From contig WRFW01000222.1 in the NCBI GenBank assembly GCA_009787435.1, positions 1-32,542 on the forward strand: 32,542 bases of DNA. Reading direction: 5' to 3'. Shown here piece by piece: positions 16,486 to 26,200 of the stretch. The first letter of the stretch is position 1. Each line of letters starts with the position of its first letter. Below the pieces are notes generated by a model, which was not told the DNA's origin, searched no databases, and saw only the letters and a program-made list of their open reading frames with translations. This DNA is from Defluviitaleaceae bacterium. Lineage in GTDB: Bacteria > Bacillota > Clostridia > Lachnospirales > UBA5962. A program made the translations under genes and the position numbers.

Positions 16486-17052
16486 ATGAAACTACTATTA
16501 TTGATTTTAACAATTTTTTTATCTTCATGTATACAAACACCCGGTGAAACAACCGAATTGCTTTATATAGGAACGGTTAATAGTGAAAATATGTCTTTAA
16601 AGATATATACGATATATCTTCAAGAGCAAATAGATTTTTTTGAATATATCGGCAGCGGTGCTGCTATATGGCAAACAAATATTTTTGGGCAGCCAACAGA
16701 AAGCTTAGCAATGGAACATGCTTTTGAAAATATGGCATTAAGCTTAATAATTAGAGATATTGCAAAAACAAATGGAATTGAAGTTAGCATTGAAAATGTA
16801 ACAGAAAATGCAACTTCAATGTATGAGCAAATAGATTGGGCGGTATACAATGCAGACCTGCCAAATTTATCTTATTTTGAATTTTTCTTTGAATCTATAG
16901 CGATAAGAGAAGAAGTAATGAGACATTTAACACTAGCTTACAATGAAGCCCAAAGAGAAGAAGTGTTTAGAAGTATGGAAGAAGCATGGCTTAGCGAAGC
17001 TAATATTGTTAGAAACTTAGAAGAATGGAACAAATTAGGGGTTAGAAGATAA
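16486..17052 (+). CDS. lipoprotein, possibly a SurA/PrsA-N-terminal-like chaperone domain
   Basis: Lipobox FLSSC. The start is 4 nt after the upstream stop, with a GGAGA RBS. Confidence 0.55.
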   Translation: MKLLLLILTIFLSSCIQTPGETTELLYIGTVNSENMSLKIYTIYLQEQIDFFEYIGSGAAIWQTNIFGQPTESLAMEHAFENMALSLIIRDIAKTNGIEVSIENVTENATSMYEQIDWAVYNADLPNLSYFEFFFESIAIREEVMRHLTLAYNEAQREEVFRSMEEAWLSEANIVRNLEEWNKLGVRR

Positions 17053-17094
17053 CGTTTTATAAATGTTAGTATATAACTTAGGAGAAAAACAATA

Positions 17095-18390
17095 ATGTTT
17101 GTATGCTTTGAATGCGGGCAAAATAGCCGCAAATGGTTAGGAAGATGTACTTCTTGCGGTAATTTTAATACTTTTATCGAAGAAGATGAAAAGCCCAAAA
17201 AAGCTAAAAAGCCAAAAGCTTTTAATATTTCTTCAATTTCTGATATTGAAGAAACTAGAAAATATGAAACTAACATAAAGGAGTTGGATAGAGTTTTAGA
17301 TGGCGGCTTAACTGAGGGGTCTTTAACTTTATTGGGCGGCGAGCCAGGCGTTGGCAAAAGCACACTTCTACTTCAAATTTGTGATTTTATAAATGAAAAA
17401 GTGCTCTATATTTCTGGAGAAGAAAGCCTAGGGCAAATTATGGCAAGGGCTAATAGAATCGATATAACGAACGAAAATATATTATTTCTAGCTGAAACAG
17501 ATATAGACACTATAGAAGCTGCCATTTTAGAAATTAAACCTTTTATAGTAATTATTGATTCAATACAAACGATTAGCGGTGCTAATTATACACCTGGGTC
17601 TGTATCTACTATAAAAGAAGTAGCTTCTAAATTTTTAAATATTGCTAAAGATAAAAACATAGCGACTATACTAGTTGGGCATATTACTAAAGACGGAAAC
17701 TTAGCAGGTCCAAAGATGTTAGAACACATGGTGGACACAGTTTTATATTTTGAGGGTGATAAAAATTTAAGCTATAGAATTATTAGAGCTACAAAAAATA
17801 GATTTGGCAATACAAACGAAATAGGAATTTTTAAAATGGAAAAAGAGGGGCTAATAGAAATAGAAAACCCCTCTGAATATATGCTCTTTGGCAGACCTAA
17901 AAATGTTGCAGGGTCTGTAATTACTTGCTCTATAGAGGGAAGCAGACCAATTTTAACTGAATGCCAAGCCCTTGTGAGCCAAACTGCCTTTGGAATTCCT
18001 AGAAGAACTGCAACAGGGTGTGATTTAAATAGAATAAATATGCTATTAGCTGTTCTTGAAAAAAAGCTAGGCTTTAAGCTTTCTACATACGATGCTTACA
18101 TAAATATAGTTGGTGGAATGAAAATTTCAGAGCCCTCTTTAGATGCCGCTATAATTGCAGCAGTAGCTTCCAGCTATTCAGATGTGGTAATAAGTGATAG
18201 CACTGTTGTGTTTGGGGAAATTGGGCTTTCTGGTGAGCTTAGAGCGGTAACCCACTTAGATAAACGCATAACAGAAGCCCAAAAGCTAGGCTTTACAAGG
18301 TGTATAGCACCAGAGCAAGCAAAAGTGAAAGGTATAAAAATAGTGAAAGCTTCAAATATAAGTGAGTTATTAATACAGCTAGGTATGTGA
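17095..18390 (+). CDS. radA: DNA repair protein RadA/Sms
   Basis: N-terminal zinc finger CFECGQNSRKWLGRCTSCGNFNTF, Walker A GGEPGVGKST, KNRFG motif, Lon-protease-like C-terminal domain. Confidence 0.92.
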   Translation: MFVCFECGQNSRKWLGRCTSCGNFNTFIEEDEKPKKAKKPKAFNISSISDIEETRKYETNIKELDRVLDGGLTEGSLTLLGGEPGVGKSTLLLQICDFINEKVLYISGEESLGQIMARANRIDITNENILFLAETDIDTIEAAILEIKPFIVIIDSIQTISGANYTPGSVSTIKEVASKFLNIAKDKNIATILVGHITKDGNLAGPKMLEHMVDTVLYFEGDKNLSYRIIRATKNRFGNTNEIGIFKMEKEGLIEIENPSEYMLFGRPKNVAGSVITCSIEGSRPILTECQALVSQTAFGIPRRTATGCDLNRINMLLAVLEKKLGFKLSTYDAYINIVGGMKISEPSLDAAIIAAVASSYSDVVISDSTVVFGEIGLSGELRAVTHLDKRITEAQKLGFTRCIAPEQAKVKGIKIVKASNISELLIQLGM

Positions 18391-18405
18391 ATGAGTAGTG
18401 GATAC

Positions 18406-18592
18406 CCTCCCCCAAATATAATAGCTGCTCACGGTTGGGAAAGCAGTGGCTAAAACCGCTCGCTAGCTATTATATTGGGAGAGAAAAAACTTACTAGCTG
18501 CTCATGCGTTGGAAAGCAGTGGCTAAAACCGCTCGCTAGCTATTATATTGGGAGAGAAAAAACTTACTAGCTGCTCATGCGTTGGAAAGCAA
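18406..18592 (+). repeat. tandem repeat, 73-nt period, about 2.5 copies, each unit with two hairpins. The first unit lies within a long imperfect inverted repeat.
   Basis: AGCTGCTCA starts at 18423, 18496 and 18569. Unit 3 matches unit 2 exactly over its 23 retained nt. CTCCCCCAAATATAATAGC (18407-18425) is complementary to GCTATTATATTGGGAGAG (18466-18483). Confidence 0.8.
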
Positions 18593-18627
18593 TAGTTAAA
18601 TATATTAAATACCTTACAGGTGTGTAA

Positions 18628-19920
18628 ATGAAAGAAGATTTAGAAGAGCTTTTTTATATTAAAACTTGGCAAAGAGTATATCCTGATAGGAATGCTCTTT
18701 CTTTGATTGATTACAATTTTTCAAAGGAAACAGAATGCCTGCCAATGAAACTAGAAAAAAACAAATTACACATAGCTATGGCAAACCCTTTAAATAAACA
18801 AATTTTAGAAAGTATTTATTTATACTTCAAAAATTATGAGCTAGCCATTTACTATCTTGAAGCTGAAACACTTTCTGAATATAGAGAGCATTTTTTTAAT
18901 GAAAAAATTGAAAGTTTAACACCAGCCGTTCAGACGATAGAAAGCTTAATAGAACAAGCTATTTTAAAAAGAGCAAGCGATATACATATAGAACCCGCCA
19001 AAGATTATATAAACGTTAGATTTAGAATAGACGGGCACTTACAAGAGCAACAAAGCTTAAGACTTTCACTGTTAGCGATGATAGTAACTAGGCTAAAGAT
19101 TATGGCAGGAATTGATATATCCGGAACGAGAATTCCTAGAGATGGCAGCATAAAAAAAGAATACAATTTGCAAGAAAATATAGATTTTAGAATAAGCACA
19201 ATACCAACTGTGTTTGGTGAAAAAGCAGTTATAAGGCTCATTTATAAAGAAACAGAAAATTTAACTATAGAAAATATTTTCAAACGAGAAGATTTAACAT
19301 TAGTTAAAAGCTTCTTGAAAGGAAACGGCATAGTTCTTTTAACTGGACCAACAGGAAGCGGAAAGACTACTACACTGCACAGCTTTTTAAAATATTTAAA
19401 TAAAACTGAAAAAAATATAGTAACTATTGAAGACCCTGTGGAAAACACTATAGAGGGGATTACACATATAAACGTTTCAGAAAATTTAAATTTTTCTAAA
19501 ATTCTTCGCCACGTGTTAAGGCAAGACCCAGACATAATTATGATAGGCGAAATAAGAGACAGAGAAACAGCAGAAATAGCTATAAGAGCTGCAAATACAG
19601 GGCATCTAGTTCTTTCAACGTTACATACAAATGATGCAAAAAGTGCTATAACTAGGCTTTATGATTTAGGCATAGAAGATTTTATGCTTAAAAACACTTT
19701 AAAAGGTGTAATAGCCCAAAGACTTTTTAGAAAGCTATGCAGCTGCAATAAAAAAAGCGGCTGTGAAAGCTGCTTTTATACTGGTTTCCGTGGCAGAATT
19801 CCTATTTATGAGATTTTAACTTTTGAAAATAATAACGCTAGAATGCATAAAACTATAAAAGAAAACGCTGAAGAAGCCGAAAAAAATGGTCTAGTCAATT
19901 TTAGCGGCTTAGATTATTAA
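18628..19920 (+). CDS. GspE/PilB-family type II/IV secretion ATPase (orphan)
   Basis: T2SSE N-terminal domain, Walker A GPTGSGKTTT, Asp box, Walker B DPDIIMIGEIRD, His box GHLVLSTLHTND, tetracysteine CSC...CESC. Confidence 0.85.
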   Translation: MKEDLEELFYIKTWQRVYPDRNALSLIDYNFSKETECLPMKLEKNKLHIAMANPLNKQILESIYLYFKNYELAIYYLEAETLSEYREHFFNEKIESLTPAVQTIESLIEQAILKRASDIHIEPAKDYINVRFRIDGHLQEQQSLRLSLLAMIVTRLKIMAGIDISGTRIPRDGSIKKEYNLQENIDFRISTIPTVFGEKAVIRLIYKETENLTIENIFKREDLTLVKSFLKGNGIVLLTGPTGSGKTTTLHSFLKYLNKTEKNIVTIEDPVENTIEGITHINVSENLNFSKILRHVLRQDPDIIMIGEIRDRETAEIAIRAANTGHLVLSTLHTNDAKSAITRLYDLGIEDFMLKNTLKGVIAQRLFRKLCSCNKKSGCESCFYTGFRGRIPIYEILTFENNNARMHKTIKENAEEAEKNGLVNFSGLDY

Positions 19921-20043
19921 ATAAAATTATTATAGGTGCGTTAAATTATATTTATATAAGGGAAACAAATTGGAATAAGGCGAGTTCGTATTAAAATACG
20001 TAAACCAAATTACAATGAAAAAATATTAATATAATTTAACTAA

Positions 20044-20574
20044 CTATAATTGCCTGTTATAAACATCACCACCGTAACAATCCAAAGCTACTATTAATGG
20101 CATTTTTTCAACCGTTAACTTTCTTATAGCTTCTGTGCCTAAATCTTCAAAGGCTACTATTTCTAAACTTGTTACGCATTTGCTCATTAATGCTGCTATT
20201 CCACCTGGCTGTGCAAAATATACCCCTGTATGGTCAATTACTGCTTTTTTAACTTCTTCGCCGCGAATTCCTTTTCCTATCATGGCTTTTAAACCTTTTT
20301 CAATTAAAATAGGTGAATATTTATCCATACGAACTGCCGTAGTAGGTCCAATAGAGCCGATAACAGCCCCGGGCGGCGTTGGAGAGGGTCCTGCATAAAA
20401 AACTATTTGACCCTCAAACTGGATAGGCATAGGCTCCCCTTTTTCTAGCATTTCACATAAACGCTTATGAGCCGCATCTCTTGCTGTATATATGCTGCCA
20501 GTTAAATATACAGTTTCGCCTACTTTTAAACTTTTAATTATATCGTCTGTTAGTGGTGTGCTAATTTCTTTCAT
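20044..20574 (-). CDS. class I Fe-S hydro-lyase beta subunit (fumarate hydratase/tartrate dehydratase beta type; plausibly mesaconase beta)
   Basis: 176 aa. Typical GSIYTARDAAHKRL and GPTTAVRMD motifs of FumA-C-terminal/TtdB-like proteins. Confidence 0.8.
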   Translation of the reverse strand: MKEISTPLTDDIIKSLKVGETVYLTGSIYTARDAAHKRLCEMLEKGEPMPIQFEGQIVFYAGPSPTPPGAVIGSIGPTTAVRMDKYSPILIEKGLKAMIGKGIRGEEVKKAVIDHTGVYFAQPGGIAALMSKCVTSLEIVAFEDLGTEAIRKLTVEKMPLIVALDCYGGDVYNRQL

Positions 20575-20587
20575 TTCTATAAATTCC

Positions 20588-20766
20588 TTTTTTAATAACG
20601 CCCAAACTTTGTTATACCAAAACTATAACTTGGCTATGCTTCTTAAAATTATTAAAATAATTTTTTATAATGCCCAAACTTTGTTATACCAAACTATAAC
20701 TTGGCTATGCTTCTTAAAATCATTAAAATAATTTTTTATAATGCCCCAAATTTTGTTATACCAAAA
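20588..20766 (-). repeat. tandem repeat, 71-72-nt period, about 2.6 copies, filling the whole alpha-beta intercistronic gap
   Basis: GCCCAAAC recurs from 20600 and 20672, with GCCCCAAA from 20743. The minus-strand units contain the stem-loop GCCAAG-GTTATA-GTTTGG-TATAAC-AAAG-TTTGGGC. Confidence 0.85.
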
Positions 20767-21606
20767 CTACAATTCAAAAGCCATATGCCTTGTAACGTGG
20801 CAGCCTATATTTAAAGCTACTGGCAACCCTGCAATATGGGTTGGGTAAGTATTTATGTGCACTGCAAGAGCAGTAGTTCGACCGCCAAAACCAGCAGGAC
20901 CAATGCCTGTTTTATTTATTTCTTCTAATAACTCATCTTCAATTTTGCCCCAATATTCATCTTCATTTTTAGTGCCAATTTCACGAAGAAGAGCTTGTTT
21001 ACTCATTATTGCCGCTTTTTCCATAGTGCCGCCAATTCCTAAGCCTACAATTATAGGAGGGCAAGGGTTACTATCTGCTTCCACAATACTTTTTATTACA
21101 AATTTCTTAATACCCTCTAACCCATCTGAAGGCATTAACATTTTTAAAGTGCTCATATTTTCAGAGCCAAAACCTTTTGGTGAAATTGTTACTTTAAAAG
21201 TATCCCCCTCTACAACTGTGTAGTGAATAACGGCTGGTGTGTTATCTTTCGTATTTTCACGGCGAAGCGGGTCTTTTACTACCGATTTTCTTAAATATCC
21301 ATCTTCATAGCCTATGCGTATACCCTCATTTATGGCATTTTCAAGGCTGCCGCCAACAATGCGAACATCTTGCCCAAGCTCTACAAAAACCGCTACCATT
21401 CCTGTATCTTGGCATAGTGGTATGCGGTATTGTTCGGCTTGTTTGGCATTTTCAAGCATACTTTCTATAATATTTTTCGCTTTATCATCTTCACGCTCTA
21501 ATGCACGCTCTAATGCTTTTTTTATATCTTCTGCAACGAAAATATTTGAAGATATACATAACTTAGCTACATTTTCCGTAACTTGGCTTATATTTATTTC
21601 TTTCAT
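20767..21606 (-). CDS. class I Fe-S hydro-lyase alpha subunit (fumarate hydratase alpha type; plausibly mesaconase alpha)
   Basis: I prefer the start at ATG 21606 (MKEINISQ...), 5 nt after GGGGG. PLCQDTGM Fe-S ligand motif. Confidence 0.8.
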   Translation of the reverse strand: MKEINISQVTENVAKLCISSNIFVAEDIKKALERALEREDDKAKNIIESMLENAKQAEQYRIPLCQDTGMVAVFVELGQDVRIVGGSLENAINEGIRIGYEDGYLRKSVVKDPLRRENTKDNTPAVIHYTVVEGDTFKVTISPKGFGSENMSTLKMLMPSDGLEGIKKFVIKSIVEADSNPCPPIIVGLGIGGTMEKAAIMSKQALLREIGTKNEDEYWGKIEDELLEEINKTGIGPAGFGGRTTALAVHINTYPTHIAGLPVALNIGCHVTRHMAFEL

Positions 21607-21618
21607 ACGACCCCCATC

Positions 21619-21631
21619 CCACCTGCGGTGG
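21619..21631 (-). repeat. GC-rich hairpin CCACC-NNN-GGTGG, copy 1, immediately upstream of the alpha-subunit RBS
   Basis: ccacctgcggtgg read directly from the sequence. Confidence 0.7.
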
Positions 21632-21693
21632 AGCAAAACCGCCTGCAACGGAATAAGAAAATAATTTTCTAATATTCACTTTATAACTCAAAA

Positions 21694-22923
21694 CTAGGCA
21701 GTTAATGCTAATATTCTTTGCATTTCATTATAATTAATCATATACCCCTCGTCTACACCCATTCCAGGCTTTGAAAGAACTTGCATTGGGCTAGTTGCCA
21801 TTGCAATGTGCATACAAACTTGGGCACTTCTTTCTGTTTCATTACATGTGCCGCCTAAGTAAGCACCCATGCCATGCTGTTTACAATGAAGAACAGACTT
21901 TATAGAGTTATTTATGCCACCTAAATCGGGTGTTTTTATTTGAAGAATATGCCCAGATTTTTCTTTAGTGAATGCTATAATATCTTCATAAGTGTTACAC
22001 CATTCATCGGCAACGATTTTAACATTTAAGCCTTTTGCTTCACACTTTTCCCTTAAAGTTTTGAGTGCGTATATTTGCCCATCTAAAGAATTTGTTTCAA
22101 TAGGCCCCTCTAAAAAGAGTTCTAAGCCGCGGGCTGCCTCTTCTAATTTACCTATATAATCGGCTATTCTATCATAATGCATATCAAAAACGTAACCTAA
22201 TGTGCCATAAATATCTAAGTGGATTATTGGCTTATAATCTTCATAAACTTTTATTTTATCTATACGCTCTCTTAGCCATTCAACATATGCAAGCAAGTTT
22301 TGACCAGATTGCCCTGTCTTTTCTATAGTATTAAAAAGGCCATGGGGAAGTGCAGGAACACCTTTTAAAATCATTTTATCTGCATTTAAGTATCTATCAT
22401 CACCGGATTGAGTGAATATAGGTATTATTTTTTTAGATATTTCTGTGTTATATTCTTCAGAGATTACTTCAGCCATTAGCTTTCCTTTAGCTTTTGAAAC
22501 GGCATCTAAGAGGGCTTGAGTTGCACCATATCGAATGGCAGTGTGAAGCTTGCCGCCTTTAAATTCTAAACTATCAACTTTTTTTGCAGCTTCTCTAAAA
22601 TTTTTAAGCTCATAACCTACTAAAACAGGCTTTAAAGCTTCTTCTATAACTGGTATATAATCCGAAGCTATAAATAGCGGGTCTCTGCCACCTGCCCCAG
22701 AATATTGAACAGCGGCACAATCGCCATAAGCAACTTGCCCATTTTCTAAAACTAGCATTATAGAAACACTTTCCCCTGGTTGGCGAACTGCTTTAAACCC
22801 TTGAGTAACAGGCGTTCCTCTATATGCATTTCCATCACCAACAGCATTTTCTTTTATAGCTTTTTTGTCATCAAAGAAAAAACCGCTATACCCTGCAGAG
22901 CATTTCATATCTACTATTTTCAT
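21694..22923 (-). CDS. mal: methylaspartate ammonia-lyase (3-methylaspartase)
   Basis: The full length resembles the clostridial enzyme as I recall it: MKIVD...GFFFDD, CAAVQYSGAGGRDPLF, HTAIRYG, QSGDDRY, IKTPDLGG, GAYLGGTCNETERSA. Confidence 0.9.
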   Translation of the reverse strand: MKIVDMKCSAGYSGFFFDDKKAIKENAVGDGNAYRGTPVTQGFKAVRQPGESVSIMLVLENGQVAYGDCAAVQYSGAGGRDPLFIASDYIPVIEEALKPVLVGYELKNFREAAKKVDSLEFKGGKLHTAIRYGATQALLDAVSKAKGKLMAEVISEEYNTEISKKIIPIFTQSGDDRYLNADKMILKGVPALPHGLFNTIEKTGQSGQNLLAYVEWLRERIDKIKVYEDYKPIIHLDIYGTLGYVFDMHYDRIADYIGKLEEAARGLELFLEGPIETNSLDGQIYALKTLREKCEAKGLNVKIVADEWCNTYEDIIAFTKEKSGHILQIKTPDLGGINNSIKSVLHCKQHGMGAYLGGTCNETERSAQVCMHIAMATSPMQVLSKPGMGVDEGYMINYNEMQRILALTA

Positions 22924-22940
22924 AAGTTACCTCCATTTTT

Positions 22941-22954
22941 CCGCCTAAAGGCGG
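22941..22954 (-). repeat. GC-rich hairpin CCGCC-TTTA-GGCGG just upstream of the mal RBS
   Basis: The minus strand reads CCGCCTTTAGGCGGAAAAATGGAGGTAACTTATG. Confidence 0.6.
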
Positions 22955-23030
22955 GGTATGATTATTTTGCAAAATACAAGTTTCTACACGATTAGAAAGT
23001 ATGTTAATTTTTTTAAATTCTTATATAATT

Positions 23031-23059
23031 ATTATACAACATTAACAAACCTTTGTAAA
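23031..23059 (-). promoter_or_regulatory. promoter TTTACA-17-TATAAT for the mal/hydro-lyase operon
   Basis: Minus strand: TTTACA (23054-23059), 17 nt spacer, TATAAT (23031-23036), about 100 nt upstream of the mal ATG. Confidence 0.5.
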
Positions 23060-23072
23060 GAAATTTTTAAAA

Positions 23073-23085
23073 CCACCTGCGGTGG
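23073..23085 (-). repeat. GC-rich hairpin CCACC-NNN-GGTGG, copy 2 (13-mer identical to copy 1)
   Basis: ccacctgcggtgg. On the minus strand it is followed by TTTTAAAAATTT. Confidence 0.7.
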
Positions 23086-23164
23086 GGCTATAATATCCAA
23101 GTATCTCTATACCATATATACATCTTAGTTAAGTTTCTTTAAAAGTTTAAAAGTTTTAAACAAA

Positions 23165-23177
23165 CCACCTTCGGTGG
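23165..23177 (-). repeat. GC-rich hairpin CCACC-NNN-GGTGG, copy 3
   Basis: ccaccttcggtgg. On the minus strand it is preceded by the direct repeat TATAGTCCCGC x2. Confidence 0.7.
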
Positions 23178-23227
23178 GGTTGCGGGACTATAGCGGGACT
23201 ATAATAACTAAGCATTATTATACATAA

Positions 23228-23253
23228 AAAATAAAAAAGAGCCTTTCGGCTCT
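23228..23253 (-). terminator. intrinsic terminator of the PFOR gene
   Basis: AGAGCC-GAAA-GGCTCT followed by a TTTTTTATTTTTT run on the minus strand. Confidence 0.75.
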
Positions 23254-23260
23254 CTTTTAT

Positions 23261-26200
23261 TTATACTTCCAAAGGCTCTTGGTCTGCAATACGTTTGTAT
23301 TCTGCATATTTTCTTGCCGCTTGGTCTGCAGCTTCTTTATATAAAATTTCAGCACGCTCTGGGAAGAAACGTTTTAATGAAGCATACCTATTTTCTGTGT
23401 CTAAAAATTCTTCCATACTTATTTTCGGTTCTTTTGAATCTAATTGGAATGGATTTTTACCTTGCTCGCGTAAATCTGGGTTGTAACGGTACAAATGCCA
23501 GTAACCACTATTTACTGCCGCTTTAATTTGGCTCATAGATTTACCCATACCCTCTTTTATACCGTGTTCTATACAAGGAGAGTATGCAATTACTATACTA
23601 GGTCCATTATATTCTTCAGCTTCTTTAAGTGCTTTTATAGTTTGGTTGTAGTCTGCACCCATACCTACTTGAGCAACATAAACGTTACCGTAACTCATAG
23701 CTATCATACCTAAGTCTTTTTTACCTGAAGATTTACCACTTGAAGCAAATTTTTGGATAGCACCAACTGGTGTAGACTTAGAAGATTGACCACCTGTGTT
23801 TGAATAAACTTCTGTGTCAAATATTAAAATGTTTATATTTTCACCAGTAGATATTACATGGTCTAAACCGCTGAAGCCTATATCATAAGCCCAGCCATCG
23901 CCACCAAATATCCAATGGGATATTTTAGCTAAACTATCTTTATTTTTCACAAGGTCTAATCTTATTTCTTCTGCTTCGCCTGTGAAAGAACTTGTTTCTA
24001 AAAGCTGAACTAATTCTTTTGAAGCTACTTTAGATTCTATAGTTTTCTCTATAGTAACCATCCAATTTTCTATAGCGTTGTTTAACTCTTCATTGCCAGA
24101 TATTTCAGCTAAACGCTTAGCTTTAATCATATGGCCTTCTTTAATTTTTTTGTTTCCTAAAACTATACCGAAACCAAACTCTGCGGCATCTTCAAAGAGA
24201 GAATTTGCCCAAGCTGGTCCTCTACCTTGGCGGTTCACAGTATAAGGAGTTGAAGGTGCTGAAGAACCCCAAATAGAGCTGCAGCCAGTAGCATTAGCTA
24301 TAACCATGCTATCACCGTATAGTTGAGTAACTAATTTAGCATAAGGAGTTTCACCACAGCCTGCACAAGCCCCAGAGTATTCAAGAAGTGGCTGCTCAAA
24401 TTGAGAACCTTTTGGAGTGTATTTATTAGCAGGATTTGGTTTTTCTGAAAGAGTCATCGCATATTCCCAAGCTGGGAATTTGTGAATCTCTTCATCTATC
24501 GGCTTCATAACTAACGCTTTTTTACCCGCTTTACCAGGGCAAACATCGGCACAAACAGAACATCCAACACAGTCCATTTGATTTATCAAAATGCTGAAGT
24601 TGTAATCAACGTTTCTATCATTAAATTTTAAAGTATCAAAAATTGAACCTGGTGCATTTTCTAACTCTTCATGAGTTGAAAGGAATGGCCTTATAGTAGC
24701 ATGCGGGCAAACGTATGCACAGAAGTTACATTGTATACAGTTTTCTTTTTCCCAACTTGGCACTTCAAGGGCGATTGCTCTTTTTTCATATTTACTAGTA
24801 CCTTGTTGAAATGTACCATCTTCTTGACCAACAAATGTTGAAACTGGAATGCTATCCCCTCTCATTGAGTCTATAGGCACATTTATACGTTTGAAGTGTT
24901 CAGGTGCCTCAATTTCTTTTGCTTCTTCAAGCGGAGCATTTGCCCAGTCTGCCGGAACATCTATTTTAGTTAAAGCGTTAACACCTGCATCTACAGCGGC
25001 ATTGTTCATATCAATAACTTTTTGACCACGCTTACCATAGCTTGATTCAATAGCTTTTTTCATTTCAACTATAGCGTCTTCAATTGGTATTATATTTGAA
25101 AGTTTGAAAAATGCGGACTGAAGAACTGTGTTAGTTCTGTGCCCTAATCCAATTTCACCCGCTATTTTAGTTGCATCTATTATATAGAAGTTAATTTTAT
25201 TTTTTGCTAAATAGCGTTTCACTGAACCTGGAAGCTTTTCTTCTAAGTCTTCTACAGACCAGTTAGTATTAAGAAGGAAAGTGCCCCCCTCTTTAAGCCC
25301 CTCTAAAACATCGTATTTTTCAAGGAAATTTGCACGGTGGCAAGCTATAAAGTTTGATATTTTAACGAGATATGGAGAGCGGATTTTTTCTTTACCGAAA
25401 CGCAAGTGCGATTGAGTAACACCGCCGGCTTTTTTAGAATCATAGCTGAAATAGCCTTGTGCATATTGGTCTGTACTATCACCTATTATTTTAATTGCAT
25501 TTTTATTTGCTGAAATTGTACCATCTGAGCCTAGCCCCCAAATTTTCACACTAATGTTTCCATCTGGAGTCATGTCTACTTCTTCGCCAACTTCTAATGA
25601 AAGGTTTGTAACATCATCTACTATTCCGACTGTGAAACCATTTCTAGGCTCTGGCTGTTTTAAGTTTTCAAAAACAGCTAAAATTTGAGCCGGTGTAACA
25701 TCTTTACTACTTAAACCGTAACGCCCACCTACTATTAAAGGGCGGTTTGCTTCTGAGAAATAAACAGTACAAACATCTTGATATAATGGCTCGCCAATAG
25801 CACCCGGGTCTTTAGATTTATCTAAAACGCTTATTCTTTCAACAGTTTTAGGCATTTCTTTTAAGAAGTGTGCCACAGAGAAAGGCCTAAACAATCTAAC
25901 ATTTAAGACACCTACTTTTTCACCTTTAGCCATTAAATAGTCTACAGTTTCTGCTATAGTTTCGCAAGCAGACCCCATAGCAACTATTACGTGTGTAGCT
26001 TCTGTGTGCCCATAGTAGTTGAAAAGCCTATAATCACGCCCAGTTAATTTATTTATTTTATTCATATTTTCTTCAACAACAGCAGGAACAGCGTTATAAT
26101 AAGGGTTTGCTGCTTCTCTAGCTTGGAAGAATATATCTGGATTTTGTGCAGAACCACGCAAAACAGGCTCTGTAGGGTTTAACCCTCTCTTTCTAAATTC

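Noticed and set aside
18504-18539. 11-codon ORF (MRWKAVAKTAR) inside repeat units 2 and 3
   Set aside because: Unit 1 lacks the ATG. No RBS lies at a usable distance, and the third copy reads through into different sequence. It is not conserved as coding.
18406-18592. Tandem repeats here, at 20588-20766 and at 29023-29198 considered as CRISPR arrays
   Set aside because: Whole units repeat end to end with no unique spacers. There are only 2-3 copies and no cas genes or leader. The units are 71-73 nt, not 28-37 nt repeats alternating with spacers.
19940-20040. 12-bp inverted repeat GTTAAATTATAT / ATATAATTTAAC flanking about 77 nt between convergent genes (possible MITE)
   Set aside because: My rough composition-corrected estimate expects about one such purely AT-rich 12-bp inverted repeat per window of this size by chance. 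There is no second copy or target-site duplication.
21607-21648. N-terminal extension MQAVLLHRRWDGGR of the hydro-lyase alpha subunit as given in the ORF track
   Set aside because: The extension covers the GC-rich hairpin and has no RBS. The internal ATG at 21606 is preceded by GGGGG at correct spacing and gives the usual MKEI... N-terminus.
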